Position numbers and translations under genes: made by a program. This document shows positions 10,506 through 23,279 of a stretch of 64,000 nt of DNA, piece by piece. The DNA is from Octopus vulgaris (lineage: Eukaryota): positions 109,554,001-109,618,000 of the forward strand of contig OX597821.1 in NCBI GenBank assembly GCA_951406725.2, written 5' to 3'. How positions within the stretch are numbered: position 1 is the stretch's first letter; the number at the start of each line of letters is the position of its first letter. The notes under the pieces were generated by a model, which did not search any database, had not been told where the DNA came from, and saw only the letters and a list, made by a program, of their open reading frames with translations.

Positions 10506-11079
10506 GGAATATATATATATGTGTGTGTGTCCCACTAACGCTTAGTACCCGGTGTTGGTGTGTTTACGTCCCAGTCACTTATGCGTCGGCAACAGCGACC
10601 GATAAAATATCTAATAAGCTTTAAAAACATTAGTACAGACGTCGAGTTATTTCACTAAAAAAATTTCAAAGCGGTGCTCCAGCATGGCCGCAGTCTAATG
10701 ACTGAAACACGAAAATGCCAAAAGACAATGGTTGACTGGGATGGTGCGTTGCTAATTGTTGTGCTCACAGTTGTTAGTTTGTGGGTTCGATACTCAGAGA
10801 CGCCATGTCCATTTTCAAGACAATGTCTTTCAAACATAACCTCAAGTTCCATTTGATTCACGAGGTTAAATGGTTCGAGGAATCTCCGTAGAAACTTATC
10901 GGATGAACTGGACTCTACTCTGAAGCTCAAAGTCATTAGTGTATTGTTTCCAAAAAAATGGGGTTTTTTGTTGCTGTTTTTTTTATTTCGTCTATCGGAA
11001 TCGGTGACCATATAGGGTAAATTTTAATATTCGGGAATAAAATAATTGCAATAATAATAAAAATAATGATTTTAGACCT

Positions 11080-11256
11080 TGGCACAGGGTCAATAGTTTT
11101 TGAAGGGGGGCGAAAAGTCAAAGTCGACCTCGGTGGAATTTGATTTCGGAACGTTATGATGGACAAAATGCCGCTAATCATTCAGCCCGGTGTGCTGAGA
11201 GTTTTGCCACATCGCCAACTTCATAACAATAATAATAATAAAAAAAAAAAAAAATC

Positions 11257-11306
<50 letters not shown>

Positions 11307-11553
11307 TGATGATGATGATGATGATGATGATAAAAATAATAATAATAATAATGGTTTCAAATTTTGTCATTTTGGGGAAGGGGATGAGTCGATTACATCG
11401 ACCCCAGTGTCCCATTGGTATTTAATTTATCGACCCCGAAAGGATGAAAGGCAAAGTCGACCTCGGTGGAATTTGAACTCAGAACGTAACGGCAGACGAA
11501 ATATTGCTAAGCATTTCGTCCGGTGCACTAACGAATCTGCCAGCTCGCCGCCT
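11080..11553 (-). mobile_element. Two SINE family B copies separated by (ATA)n/(ATG)n
   Basis: ATCGACCCCGAAAGGATGAAAGGCAAAGTCGACCTCGG...GAATTTGAACTC is the reverse complement of the family B body. Confidence 0.8.
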
Positions 11554-11561
11554 CAATAATT

Positions 11562-11660
<99 letters not shown>

Positions 11661-12210
11661 TGATGCAGTACCAGGCAGAGGCTCTCATGGCTTCTGATCT
11701 TAACTGATTGGAAGTGTTATCATGTACATTGTTTTGTCTTGGTATAAAAGATGGGCTACAGCAAATATTCTGCTCAATACCACAGATTTGCTTGTCAGTT
11801 GTTTGACTTTAACCAGTTGAGCATGTCCCTTAGTGGCTGACGATATGTGCATCTCTGATCACGAGCAGAAGTAGTGAGGGAGCATCATAGCCATGTGTTG
11901 AGAGGGATTCTTTTGGGTTTGAATAATTCACCTCTGGAAACATGGGTGGTTCTTTCAACATCCTTAAACAACCCTTATTCAGGGACCTTTTGAGCGGGAT
12001 GGGTTACTCAACCTGAAGAAAATTCTAACTGGGCCCCACCTGCAAGGTCATGTGCTGTTTATCTTGATATGAGATCACCATGTCGCGCACATATGGTTGT
12101 GATGCATGTGCCTGGTGTACCTTTATCAGACGGGTAGTCATGATGGGTATATTGGGCTTCGTATATTTTACCCCAGTGTCACTTTGATGGCATGAACTGC
12201 TCTCTCACTC
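11661..12210 (+). mobile_element. Non-coding retroelement 3' segment inserted in (TAA)n (probable R4/Dong-type 3'UTR)
   Basis: Flanked on both sides by (TAA)n; 11872-12210 nearly identical to 52281-52619, both ending CTCTCACTC-(AAT)n. Confidence 0.65.
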
Positions 12211-12214
12211 AATG

Positions 12215-12292
<78 letters not shown>

Positions 12293-12295
12293 TTC

Positions 12296-12524
12296 GATAA
12301 GGAAGAATAGAAAAGTCGAGAGATATGACAGGTTAGCTTGGGAAGTTAAGCAGTTGATGAAAAAGGTAGCAGTAGCACCAATAATTGTTGGAACCCTAGG
12401 AATAGTGAGCAAAAATCACGAGAAGTACGTGGAACAAATAGGGGCTGCAATAAGGGTGGAGCACTTGCAGAAAACAGCACTGATTGGAACCACTCGAATA
12501 CTCCGGAAGGTGCTCGAAAAATAA
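12296..12524 (+). pseudogene. R4/Dong-clade LINE C-terminal REL-endonuclease remnant
   Basis: With one frameshift reads DKEE-RKVERYDRLAWEVKQLMKKVAVAPIIVGTLGIVSKNHEKYVEQIGAAIRVEHLQKTALIGTTRILRKVLEK*. Confidence 0.8.
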
Positions 12525-12611
12525 GAGCCATACATCAAAAGCTGTCCTTTTAGCATGCCTGTGTCTAGCACCATTTAATTACGCGGATGATCCAATAAAT
12601 TCGCTTCTCCT

Positions 12612-12668
<57 letters not shown>

Positions 12669-12884
12669 TAGAGAAATAGAAATGGACCAGAATATTAATA
12701 TACCCATCAGTCACGCAAACACGTTCACCTTTACATAGCATACAGACATACAGTTACACACACATGTACAAGCACACACACGCTCACACACAGACACATA
12801 CACACACGCACTCACAGATGCATAGGCACATTAATACAAACAGAAAACAAGCACACACATACATAGGTACACACAGACACACAG

Positions 12885-12936
<52 letters not shown>

Positions 12937-12989
12937 GTCAATAGATGTGTGCGTGCGTGTGCGTAGGTGTGTGTATGTATACATATATA

Positions 12990-13362
12990 TTCTTTTATTC
13001 TTCACTTGCTTCAGTCATTTCATTGCGGCCATGCTGGAGCACCACCTTCAGTCGAACGAATCAACTCCAGGACTTACTCTTTGTAAGTCTAGTACTCATT
13101 CTGTCGGTCTCTTTTACCAAACCGCTAAGTCCAAAGCCAACACACCAACATCGGGTGTTAAGGATGATAGAGGTCAAATAGACACACAAGCATACATACA
13201 CACATATACGACAGGCTTCATTCAGTTTCCATCAATCGAATACACTCACAAGGCTTTGGTCAGCCTGAGGATGTACTAGAAAGCACCTGCTCAAGGTGCC
13301 ACGCAGTGTGATTGAGCCCAGAACCATGTCGACGGTACGCAAGCTACTTACCACACAGCCAC
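12990..13362 (-). mobile_element. SINE family A, diverged
   Basis: Tail GCGGCCATGCTGGAGCACC through head GCTACTTACCACACAGCCAC. Confidence 0.8.
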
Positions 13363-13419
13363 TACATATATATATATATATATACTTACATATAAGAGAC
13401 CAAGCTGTACGTACACCGC

Positions 13420-14014
13420 TATATTTTTATATATTAAAAATACAAAAAAGGGACAACAAAGCATCCAGACAGACGATACAAAGAATACAATGGCGGGTCA
13501 TTCGGAGTTTTCTTTCCTCAGTCGAGTTCTTGATTATCTTTACAATTTCGGCTAGTTGTAATCGAGATTGCTCCAATCTGGCCAGCTCCAAGTAATAACT
13601 GAGCTAAGAGCACTAGATTCCTTGGAAGAAACCAGCTAATGTATACGAAAACAAGGATGGAAAAACCGGAGAAATAGTACACAAATACAAATAACAGGAC
13701 ATTAACAACAGGTGTCTTACGACTAATTAAATTAAGCTGGCGTGTGCGGAAGTAAAGCCTCCCACCAGGGACGTACCATTTCAAAGGCACAAAGAGGAAT
13801 ATAGATATTGCACGGATGGTAGTCGAACCAAGAAAGAAAGATCAGGCTTGGCCGAATACCGGTCACGTGGGGAAAGAAAAGAGAGAAGCAGAGGGATAGA
13901 AGAAGTAAGGAGGGGCGAGAAAAAATGAAAGGGACATAGTGAAGTGAAAGAGGAGGGAAAGTGAGCATGAAAAGAAGGCCATGAAATCTGAGAGAAGGAG
14001 AACTAAGAGTGGAA

Positions 14015-14015
<1 letters not shown>
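13420..14015 (-). repeat. Unclassified interspersed repeat family X
   Basis: Reverse-complement similarity to 4190-4895. Confidence 0.6.
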
Positions 14016-14094
<79 letters not shown>

Positions 14095-14475
14095 GTATAT
14101 ATATATGTATATATGCATTTATATATATATACTATGTTTGTGTGCATGTACGTATGCATGTATGCATATATTCTTGTATGTATGTGTGTGTACGTATATA
14201 TGTATATATGTGTGCATGTATGCATGTATGTATACATGCAGGCATATGTGCTTCTATGTATGTATTCATGTATGTATGAATAATTGCCATAATGTACGAG
14301 AAAATTCAATGGAATGGCGTCGCATAAATGATTTCCTTATGTTACCAAACACGTATTAAAAGGAATTACAAATGTCTGGGAAAAATGGACTTTCCCGTTA
14401 TATGCAGACATCTATACACCACATAGCCATACATGCACAAACACACATATATACACACACCTACAAACGTATATA

Positions 14476-14693
14476 CTCTTTACTCTTTTACTCTTTTACT
14501 TGTTTCAGTCATTTTGACTGCGGCCATGCTGGAGCACCGCCTTTAATCGAGTAACTCGACCCCGGGACTTATTCTTTTGTAAGCCCAGTACTTATTCTAT
14601 CGGTCTCTTTTGCCGAACCGCTAAGTAACGGGGACATAAACACACCAGCATCGGTTGACAAGCAATGCTAGGGGGACAAACACAGACACACAA

Positions 14694-14726
<33 letters not shown>

Positions 14727-14898
14727 CATATATACGACAAGCTTCTTTCAGTTTCCGTCTACCAAATCCACTCACAAGGCATTGGTCGGCCCGGGGCTAT
14801 AGCAGAAGACACTTGCCCAAGATGCCACGCAGTAGGACTGAACCCGAAACCATGTGGTTGGTTAGCAAGCTACTTACCACACAGCCACTCCTGCGCCT
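14476..14898 (-). mobile_element. SINE family A, full length
   Basis: Near identity to 5215-5631. Confidence 0.9.
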
Positions 14899-14899
14899 T

Positions 14900-14949
<50 letters not shown>

Positions 14950-15221
14950 TTACAGACAAACATACAAACATAAATACCAACGTAAATACATACAAATAGA
15001 CATACATATAGACAAACTTTCACATGCATGTATCCACATATATAAAAATGCATGTTTTTATACAGTTACACACATATATAAATATATGTATATGTAGATT
15101 TATATTCATACGCGTACACTCAGGCATATATATATATATATATGTAGGTATACATACATACGGACAAACACATGTTTGCGTACCTTCCCGCTCTCCATCT
15201 CCCCCTCTCTCCCTCTCTTCC

Positions 15222-15278
<57 letters not shown>

Positions 15279-15306
15279 ATAGACATACTTATATATATAT
15301 ATATAA

Positions 15307-15393
<87 letters not shown>

Positions 15394-15747
15394 GACACAC
15401 ATATATATATATGTGTGTGTGTGTGTATATTAATTACTATAACGAATAATAAGATAGAGAAGACAGACATATTGGGATGCGACTGTCGGCGAGGGAGGAT
15501 GTGTGTTGGGTGTTATTTCATCGTGTAAGAAATGAGAACTACATAATAATACATGAAATGATATCAAGAGCCTTATAAACTATGGCAGACATTACAATCA
15601 TATAATTAAAGGAATTGTTCTCATATTTGCCTAACTCTCTCTCTCTTTACTCTCACTCTGTTCGCTTTATTCTCTCGCTCTCTCACTTTTCATCAGTTTG
15701 ACTGGCTGTTGCCACTCGCTTAGTTACAAGAAGCCTCTACTCTCGTT

Positions 15748-15799
<52 letters not shown>

Positions 15800-15946
15800 A
15801 ACACATACACATACCATATTCCTATTTGTATACGTACAGACAGGTTCAAATTACATATGCAATCCGATACAAGACACAGAACTGTTCAAGATACACAAAT
15901 GAGTATGTGTGCATGTAAGCATATATGTGTGTATGTATGTATGTGC

Positions 15947-15977
<31 letters not shown>

Positions 15978-15996
<19 letters not shown>

Positions 15997-16206
15997 ATAG
16001 TTAATCCAAACAAGAAAGCACAAAAGACACAACAACGCGAGGACGTGGAACAAATATAGTATTATTGGACGCTCAGGAAAGAGGGAAAGGAGGGTTAAAC
16101 TTTTCGAGCAGAGCTCTTCGTCGGAAACATAGGAGGAGGAAAGATCCAGAGAAGGGAAGACAGAGGAAAAAAAATCGCCAACGGTACACACGAGGTCACA
16201 TTTTGA

Positions 16207-16208
<2 letters not shown>
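15978..16208 (-). mobile_element. ~230-bp hammerhead-bearing element (family H1), degenerate ribozyme at 16095-16129
   Basis: Reverse complement of 28150-28357; GTTT-CCGACGA-A-GAGC tct GCTC-GAAAAGTT; microsatellite on both sides. Confidence 0.75.
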
Positions 16209-16269
<61 letters not shown>

Positions 16270-16336
16270 GGTCCCGGGTTGAGTCGGGGTTAACCACAGT
16301 AAATAAGGTACTCAATACATTGCAGAGTAAAGTAAG

Positions 16337-16464
16337 TTATTTTATAGAAGGAGCTTCTATAGGACTAGAACTGTTTCATTCAGATGAAATCTTCAGGAAG
16401 CTGGCTGAAGATTTCATCTGAATGAAACAGTTCTAGTCCTGTAGAAGCTCCTTCTATAAAATAA
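16337..16464. repeat. 128-bp palindrome with hammerhead motif (family H4) at 16401-16436 (+) and mirror on (-)
   Basis: Arms of ~60 bp with 1 mismatch; CTGG-CTGAAGA-TTTCA tc TGAAT-GAAAC-A-GTT-CTAG. Confidence 0.8.
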
Positions 16465-16504
<40 letters not shown>

Positions 16505-16551
16505 ATATATACATATATATACATATATATATGTGAATGTATATGCATATG

Positions 16552-16602
<51 letters not shown>

Positions 16603-16892
16603 ATATGAGGCATACACCTATATGATGCATACATGTATGTATTCGTGTATATTGACACACACACGCCCAAACACACACTTACAGACAATACTAAGGATTC
16701 TGTAGAGAATCGGGTACTAAAATGATATGATCCAAGTTGGGTTGAATTAACCCGTAAATACCACCTTTAGTCGAATAAATATACCGGAATAAATATACTG
16801 AACTGCATCCAATCATGTCAGCATCTTCTGGCTGATAGGCGCATTGCAACTGCGTTCATGAAGTGTTCTTCTACTGTTTTGAAATTATAAGT

Positions 16893-16975
16893 CTCATCTG
16901 ACGAATACAGATTTTCGCAATGATGTTACGTACTCATTCATCTATTTAAAATGCGTTAGAAACAGCTGTAATGAG
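16893..16975 (+). ncRNA. Hammerhead ribozyme with long stem II insert (family H5)
   Basis: CTCAT-CTGACGA-[54 nt]-GAAAC-AGCT-GTA-ATGAG; perfect 5-bp stem I, palindromic ACAGCTGT stem III; stem II imperfect. Confidence 0.65.
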
Positions 16976-17011
16976 CGGACTTTTATCCATCGTCTCTTAT
17001 GTATTCATTTG

Positions 17012-17059
<48 letters not shown>

Positions 17060-17931
17060 TGTATTCATACATATATGTACATACTTACATATAAGTGTCT
17101 ATATACATGCATATATGGGTACAGGGCGTAAAAAACGTGAAGAAAATGAAAAACGGGAACATAAGAAAACAAAAACATGGAAAACGGATTTCTTTTCGAA
17201 CGACGAAGTAAACCAATATAGAAACGAGACAGCGAACATAAAGAACAATCCCTTCGTCAGTTGTCCCCTGTTTCATCTACTCCGCGTTCCGAAGGTTGGG
17301 ATAAGACGCGACTTCGTTAAATTAGCCGTTCCCGGAACCCAAATTAAATAATATTTGTAATTTGCTGAGGGTAAAATTGGTAACAAAAACAGGTCAGTAA
17401 GAACAAAACAGTAAAAACAAACGGTAAGGGCTGTTAAGCCATACATAGGTGAAGTGGTGAACGCTGGAGAAACGAGCTTTGACAAGAGACATAACATTTG
17501 ACAGGCAGAGGAAGGAATATAGGTGTTGCACGGATGGTAGTCGAACCAAGAAAGAAAGGTCAGGCTTTTATATATATACGCACATACACATATACATATA
17601 TTATTACATATGTATGTATGTATGTGTGTGTGTGTATGTGTGACTTTGTGTCGTTTGTTTTTTTTTTTTTTTATCGACCAGTGCTTGACAAGCGGTATTA
17701 GTATGTTTGCGACCCCTTAACTTAACTCTTTTCCAAAAGGAGCTGATAGAATAAGTACCAGTTGAGTACTGGTTTCGATTTAATTGACTTCCACCTTTCC
17801 CGAATATTTCAAGCCACGTACCTATAGTAGAAAGTATTTTGTATGCAATGAAGGCCATGTATAGAGAAAGGACAGAAACAAACGTTAACTTATCTTCTAT
17901 TAGCTCAACGCTTAATAGAAAGGAAACACTA

Positions 17932-17964
17932 CCGATGTTTCGGACGATAGTCCTTCATCAGGAG
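17932..17964 (-). ncRNA. Degenerate minimal hammerhead
   Basis: Minus strand: CTGATGA-A-GGAC tatc GTCC-GAAAC-ATC; core and stem II perfect, stems I and III eroded. Confidence 0.5.
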
Positions 17965-18054
17965 AAAAGTATAAAAGCAAAGAGGAAGATATTGAATAAA
18001 AAAACTACATATGGAGAAATATATGCGTATATGGTTATTATGTAAGGAAATATT

Positions 18055-18395
18055 ATTCTTTTATTTTTTATCTTGCTTCATTCATTTGATTGCGGCCATG
18101 CTGGAGCACCGCCTTTAGACAAAAAATAGACCCCAGGGTTTATTCTTATTATACCTAATACTTTTCTTTAGGTCCTTTTTGCTGTACCACGGACGTAACA
18201 CACACCAATATCGGTTGTCAAGCGATGGTAGAGGACAGACACAGATACATTAATATATACATATATATCTGTGTGTGTGTATTTACGACAGGCTTCTTTA
18301 AGTTTCCGTCTACGAAATCCTCTCAAAAGGCTTTGGTCGGTCTGAGGCTATAGCAGAAGTCACTTTCCCAAGTTGTTACGCAGTGGGACTGAACA
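18055..18395 (-). mobile_element. SINE family A, diverged and 5'-truncated
   Basis: Tail and body motifs present. Confidence 0.75.
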
Positions 18396-18398
18396 TAC

Positions 18399-18429
<31 letters not shown>

Positions 18430-18797
18430 TGTATGTATGTATGTATGTATGTATGTATGTATGTATGTATGTATGTATTTATGTATGTATGTATATATAT
18501 ATACATATATACATACATATATATATATATGTATGTATATGTATATATCTATGTATATATATACACATATATATATATGTATATATATATAAAGTTAATC
18601 CAAACAAGAAAACACAAGAAAAACAAAAAAAAACAACAACGCGAGGACGTGGAACAAATAAAGTATTATTGGACGCTCAGGAAATAAGGGAAGAAGGAGG
18701 GTTTATATATATAAATATATATATATGTATATACATACGCCATGATAGATCGTTAGCCACTACACACTTTTTTCTCTCCTTGTTTTTTTCTGTGTAC

Positions 18798-18833
18798 CTT
18801 TCTGTAGAAGAGCGTAGGTTCGAAACGTAAAAG
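18798..18833 (+). ncRNA. Minimal hammerhead-like motif (family H1b) in a (TA)n-flanked element at 18740-18920
   Basis: CTTT-CTGTAGA-A-GAGC gtag GTTC-GAAAC-GTA-AAAG; related copy on minus strand at 22680-22715; core A6>U. Confidence 0.55.
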
Positions 18834-18917
18834 ACTTTTTCTATTCCTGAGCGTTATACTAATACATCTGTTTGTTTTGTACACCACCTGTCTTTTGTTT
18901 TTCTTTTCGTAAACTTT

Positions 18918-18959
<42 letters not shown>

Positions 18960-19907
18960 GCATGCATGCACCACGCTCGTGGTTTGACCGACTAGATCTC
19001 CTGTACGTATCTGGGGCCGGCGCGTGCCTTTGGGTTCTCCCACGCCTGTCGCCGCGGGACCACTCTTCCATCTTCCCCCCCCTCCGCTGCAGTTTTTTTC
19101 TTAACCCCCCTCTTTGTACACACATGCACACACATACACACACCCACTCACACACACACATTTGCATATATATATACATTACACTTACACACACTTCAAA
19201 TTTACTTGCCATACACACAACTACGCACACTGGACACACTACCACTCTACACACACACTGGCACGTTACATACGCCCCCACCCTTTCCCTCCTTCCCTTC
19301 TTCCCTCCTTCCTCCCTTTTTTTACCACTGACCACTCACTCGAGACTTGCTATGTCATCTGTTCGCCCTGCACGCACTAACATATACATATTTTTTGTTT
19401 TTTTATCTCGCCTCACACACACATACACACACGCACACGCACACACTCACACATACACACGCACACACACATACCTCCCTGTTTCTGATCTGCCTTTCTG
19501 ACTTGCTAGGATACCCACACACACTCCTTTAATTCTACTACTGCCTGCTACTAGCCACTGTCCACCATACACACACATACACACACACGCACACACTCAC
19601 ACACACACCCTCGTTTTCTCGCACACCTTTTTTACCATTCCCTCTTTGATTCAGCTCTCCTGTTTTTAAAAAACATTTTCCTCTTTTTTTACTACTTCCG
19701 TCTTTTCAGTATGTGACCTCGTGAAGACTACCTGCAATTTTTTTTCCTGTCCTCCCGTCTCGGGATCTTTCTTTCTCCTATGTTTCCGACGAAGAGCTCC
19801 GCTCGAAACGTCATACCCTCCTTCTTCCATTTTCCTGAGCGCCTAATAATAATAATACTGTAATTGTTCCACGTGTTGTTGTTTTTTCTGTTTTCCCGTT
19901 TGGATTA

Positions 19908-19912
<5 letters not shown>
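18960..19912 (+). mobile_element. Longer (~950 bp) non-autonomous element ending in the family H1 hammerhead unit (ribozyme 19782-19816)
   Basis: GC-rich start, CA-rich interior, then GTTT-CCGACGA-A-GAGC tcc GCTC-GAAAC-GTC-ATAC and the same terminus (GTTTGGATTAAC) as 28150-28357; (TA)n on both sides. Confidence 0.6.
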
Positions 19913-19961
<49 letters not shown>

Positions 19962-20425
19962 TTACACATACCTACGTCTTCGCATATGCATGCGAGTGTA
20001 AGTGTGCAAAGAAATGTAACTTAGAAGCATGTGATTTAAGAAATCAGCTCTCTCTCTCTGCATTTAGCTATTGTCATGGACTATTTCTGCTGACTCGCTG
20101 AGTTATAATTCTTTAAAAAATTCTTTCCCCCTAAATAACATGTCACAAGGCATCTGCTCCGATTTTTACTGCGTTACGTAAACCAATAAGTGCAATAAAC
20201 GTACACTTGTACACATATGTAGGTACTCTTTACATATAGGTATCTACGTTCAAGTATACGTATATGTAAGCACACAGGCACACACATATGTGAATATATG
20301 CAGATATATTTATACGGATTTATGTACTTTATAATTTGTTTCAGTGATTGGATTCTGGTGGGGTAGTTTCCAGACACCTAAGCGAACTCAGATATGCATA
20401 CTCATGGGCATACGGGATTAAGTAC

Positions 20426-20478
<53 letters not shown>

Positions 20479-20810
20479 AAGCTAGTAAGCTAGCTAGCTA
20501 GACAGACAGACAGGCAGGCAGACAGGCAGACAGACAGACAGACAATAGATAGATAGATAGATAGATACACGTAATACTATGCGTGTCTAAATATGAATTC
20601 CAGTATGTGAACCACACGACGAGCATGCGGTGCGCGCGCATATATGCGTGTGTATGTGTGTGTGTGTGTGTGTGTAAATATGTGTATGTGTTCGTGAATG
20701 TGTGAGTGTATGTGTATGTGTGTGCGTGTGATTGTCTTCGCATGGTTGTAGCGATATTAATATAAATAAATAAATGCATACATGGATATACTTGTGCGTG
20801 TATATATATG

Positions 20811-20844
<34 letters not shown>

Positions 20845-20863
20845 TAGATAGATAGATAGATAC

Positions 20864-20924
<61 letters not shown>

Positions 20925-21159
20925 TACATATAGATTTATACATATATATATACATACATATATATACATATATATATACAGACACACATATATATATAAA
21001 TAGATATAACAAATGTATGTATTTCTGTTATTGCACACGCTTGTGTGCACATGTGTATATAAGTATGTATAAGTGTGTGTTGTATATATATATACATACA
21101 TACATACATACATATGTATATATATACATGTATTCATATGTACATATATGTATATATTC

Positions 21160-21192
<33 letters not shown>

Positions 21193-21202
21193 TATACATA
21201 TG

Positions 21203-21286
<84 letters not shown>

Positions 21287-22401
21287 CATACGTACATAGT
21301 TGTTCGGTTCGTGAATGTGAAAAGCAGGATTATGCATAAGATTACGCAAATACTTTTAACTGTTTTCTACGAAGGTTAGAGCTAGGAACATCTGCTTCTC
21401 ATTCAGGTAGGCAACGAAGTAGCAAATGAAAGCCAAAACAACAACAACAACAACAACAACAATAGCAACAACAACACAACTACAATAACGTAAATATATT
21501 CATACATATGAAACAAACAAACAAATACGTGTAGAAGTAAACAAATTAACATATAGAGAAAGCAATAAACATATATAAAGAAAAACACACACAAAAAAAA
21601 AAACAATGAAAGAAAGAAATAGAAAAACTAATCCCAGATGAAATTCAAATTCCGACACTTCTTGGTGTTGGTATTTCAACATATATGAACACCATGTGTA
21701 CACGTAAAGCATTCAACATGGCCGCTTTGCTAAAAGTCTCTCTCTCTCCCTGTCTATGTCTATATGTCTTTTTCACTCGCGCTGTTTCTCTTTCCTTCAT
21801 TTTCTTTCTTATTCGTTTGCTCTCTCTTTCTCTCTGTTCGGTGTTTCGTGGTTTTTGTAATGGATGTCATTCTTCACCTGAAGTAATAAGTAAAGTGTAT
21901 CAGCTAGGAGCTGGTGGGAGTTTGAGGCGTGAGGGGGTGTAAGTTGTAAGGGGAAAGTTGGCTGATATTAAATGATGGCTCTTGGTGTACGCGTATATAA
22001 GGATGTGTATGTATGTATGTGTGCATGTGTGCGTGTGTGCGTGCATGCATGTTTGAGCATATGTTGAGGTTTATGAGTAGAGGTATCGGAGTGGCAGATT
22101 GGCTGATATTAAACGGAGTTTATTAGTGTGCGGGTGTGAATGTCTTTATTTGTGGGTGGGTGTTTGTATGCATAAGTATGTGTAAATATGTGTCGGTGCG
22201 TGTGTATGTATGGTATGTGGGCGTGCATGTATGCGTGTATGCGTTATTTGTGAATAACATAGACGAACAGCTGCACACAATACTTACAGTTCTATCATTC
22301 CGCGCGCGTGTGTGCGCGTAAGTGTGTGGGTATTTGCATGCATGAGCATATATGTGAGTATACGTTTAATATATTCATATATCTATGTGAGTGGCTTGTG
22401 C

Positions 22402-22450
<49 letters not shown>

Positions 22451-22509
22451 AAAAGAGAGAGCGAAGAAAAGAGAAAGATTTTCTAGATAAATTGATAGAT
22501 AAAGATATA

Positions 22510-22574
<65 letters not shown>

Positions 22575-22576
<2 letters not shown>

Positions 22577-22790
22577 GGAGAGAGAGAGATTTGAAATTTA
22601 TAGAAAAACAAAAGACGAAGACAGGTGTAGGAACAACAAGCAAGTGTAACAGTTTGACGCTCGGAAAAAATGGAAAAGTCTTTTACGTTTCGAGCCTACG
22701 CTCCTTGACAGAAAGTGATAAGAAGAAAATAGAAAGCGAATGAAAAAAAAAACGTGTTGAGTTCAGTTGTCCAACATGGCGAATGAGTGG
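22575..22790 (-). mobile_element. Family H1b element with degenerate hammerhead (22680-22715)
   Basis: Reverse-complement match to 18740-18920; GAGC gtag GCTC-GAAAC-GTA-AAAG. Confidence 0.6.
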
Positions 22791-22813
22791 TGCTATAAAA
22801 AGAAAACTACGAC

Positions 22814-23046
22814 GATTTCATCTCAATCGAAGGAGAGGGGCTTTCTCCGTCCGGGTTACGGATCCGTGGAATAAGCTGCCGGACGAGATAGTGAAGATGC
22901 CGACGACCGCTCGGTTCAAAGTCTCTCTTGACCAGAAATGGCCTGAACTCTTTGTATGACCACCCTCCCTGTACATAACTCCCTGTCCCCCTACATAGCC
23001 TTGCTTTTGCTTTTTGAGCCAATCAAAATTGAATTGAATTGAATTG
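22814..23046 (+). mobile_element. CR1-type LINE 3' end with (GAATT)n tail and 9-bp TSD
   Basis: Clearly similar to 640-845; AACTACGAC at 22805-22813 and at 23047-23055. Confidence 0.8.
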
Positions 23047-23279
23047 AACTACGACACGTATTAATTCGGCTTTTAATCTCCTTCGAAGCATTCACTTTCT
23101 GAAACCACCTTCATGCTATGGTAACGATGCTAAACTACGCAGGGTGAATCTCCTTGGCACATATTGACTTCAAACTTTGTCGCGCATATACGCTAAGTTA
23201 TATAACATTGTCGCTCAGTTCCGTTGTTTATAGCAATGCTTGGAAGACGCCAACCTCTCAGAGACCGAAGAAAGCACAA

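Noticed and set aside
10655-11011. 118-aa minus-strand ORF
   Set aside because: The C-terminal part is a SINE tail and the remainder is unrecognisable.
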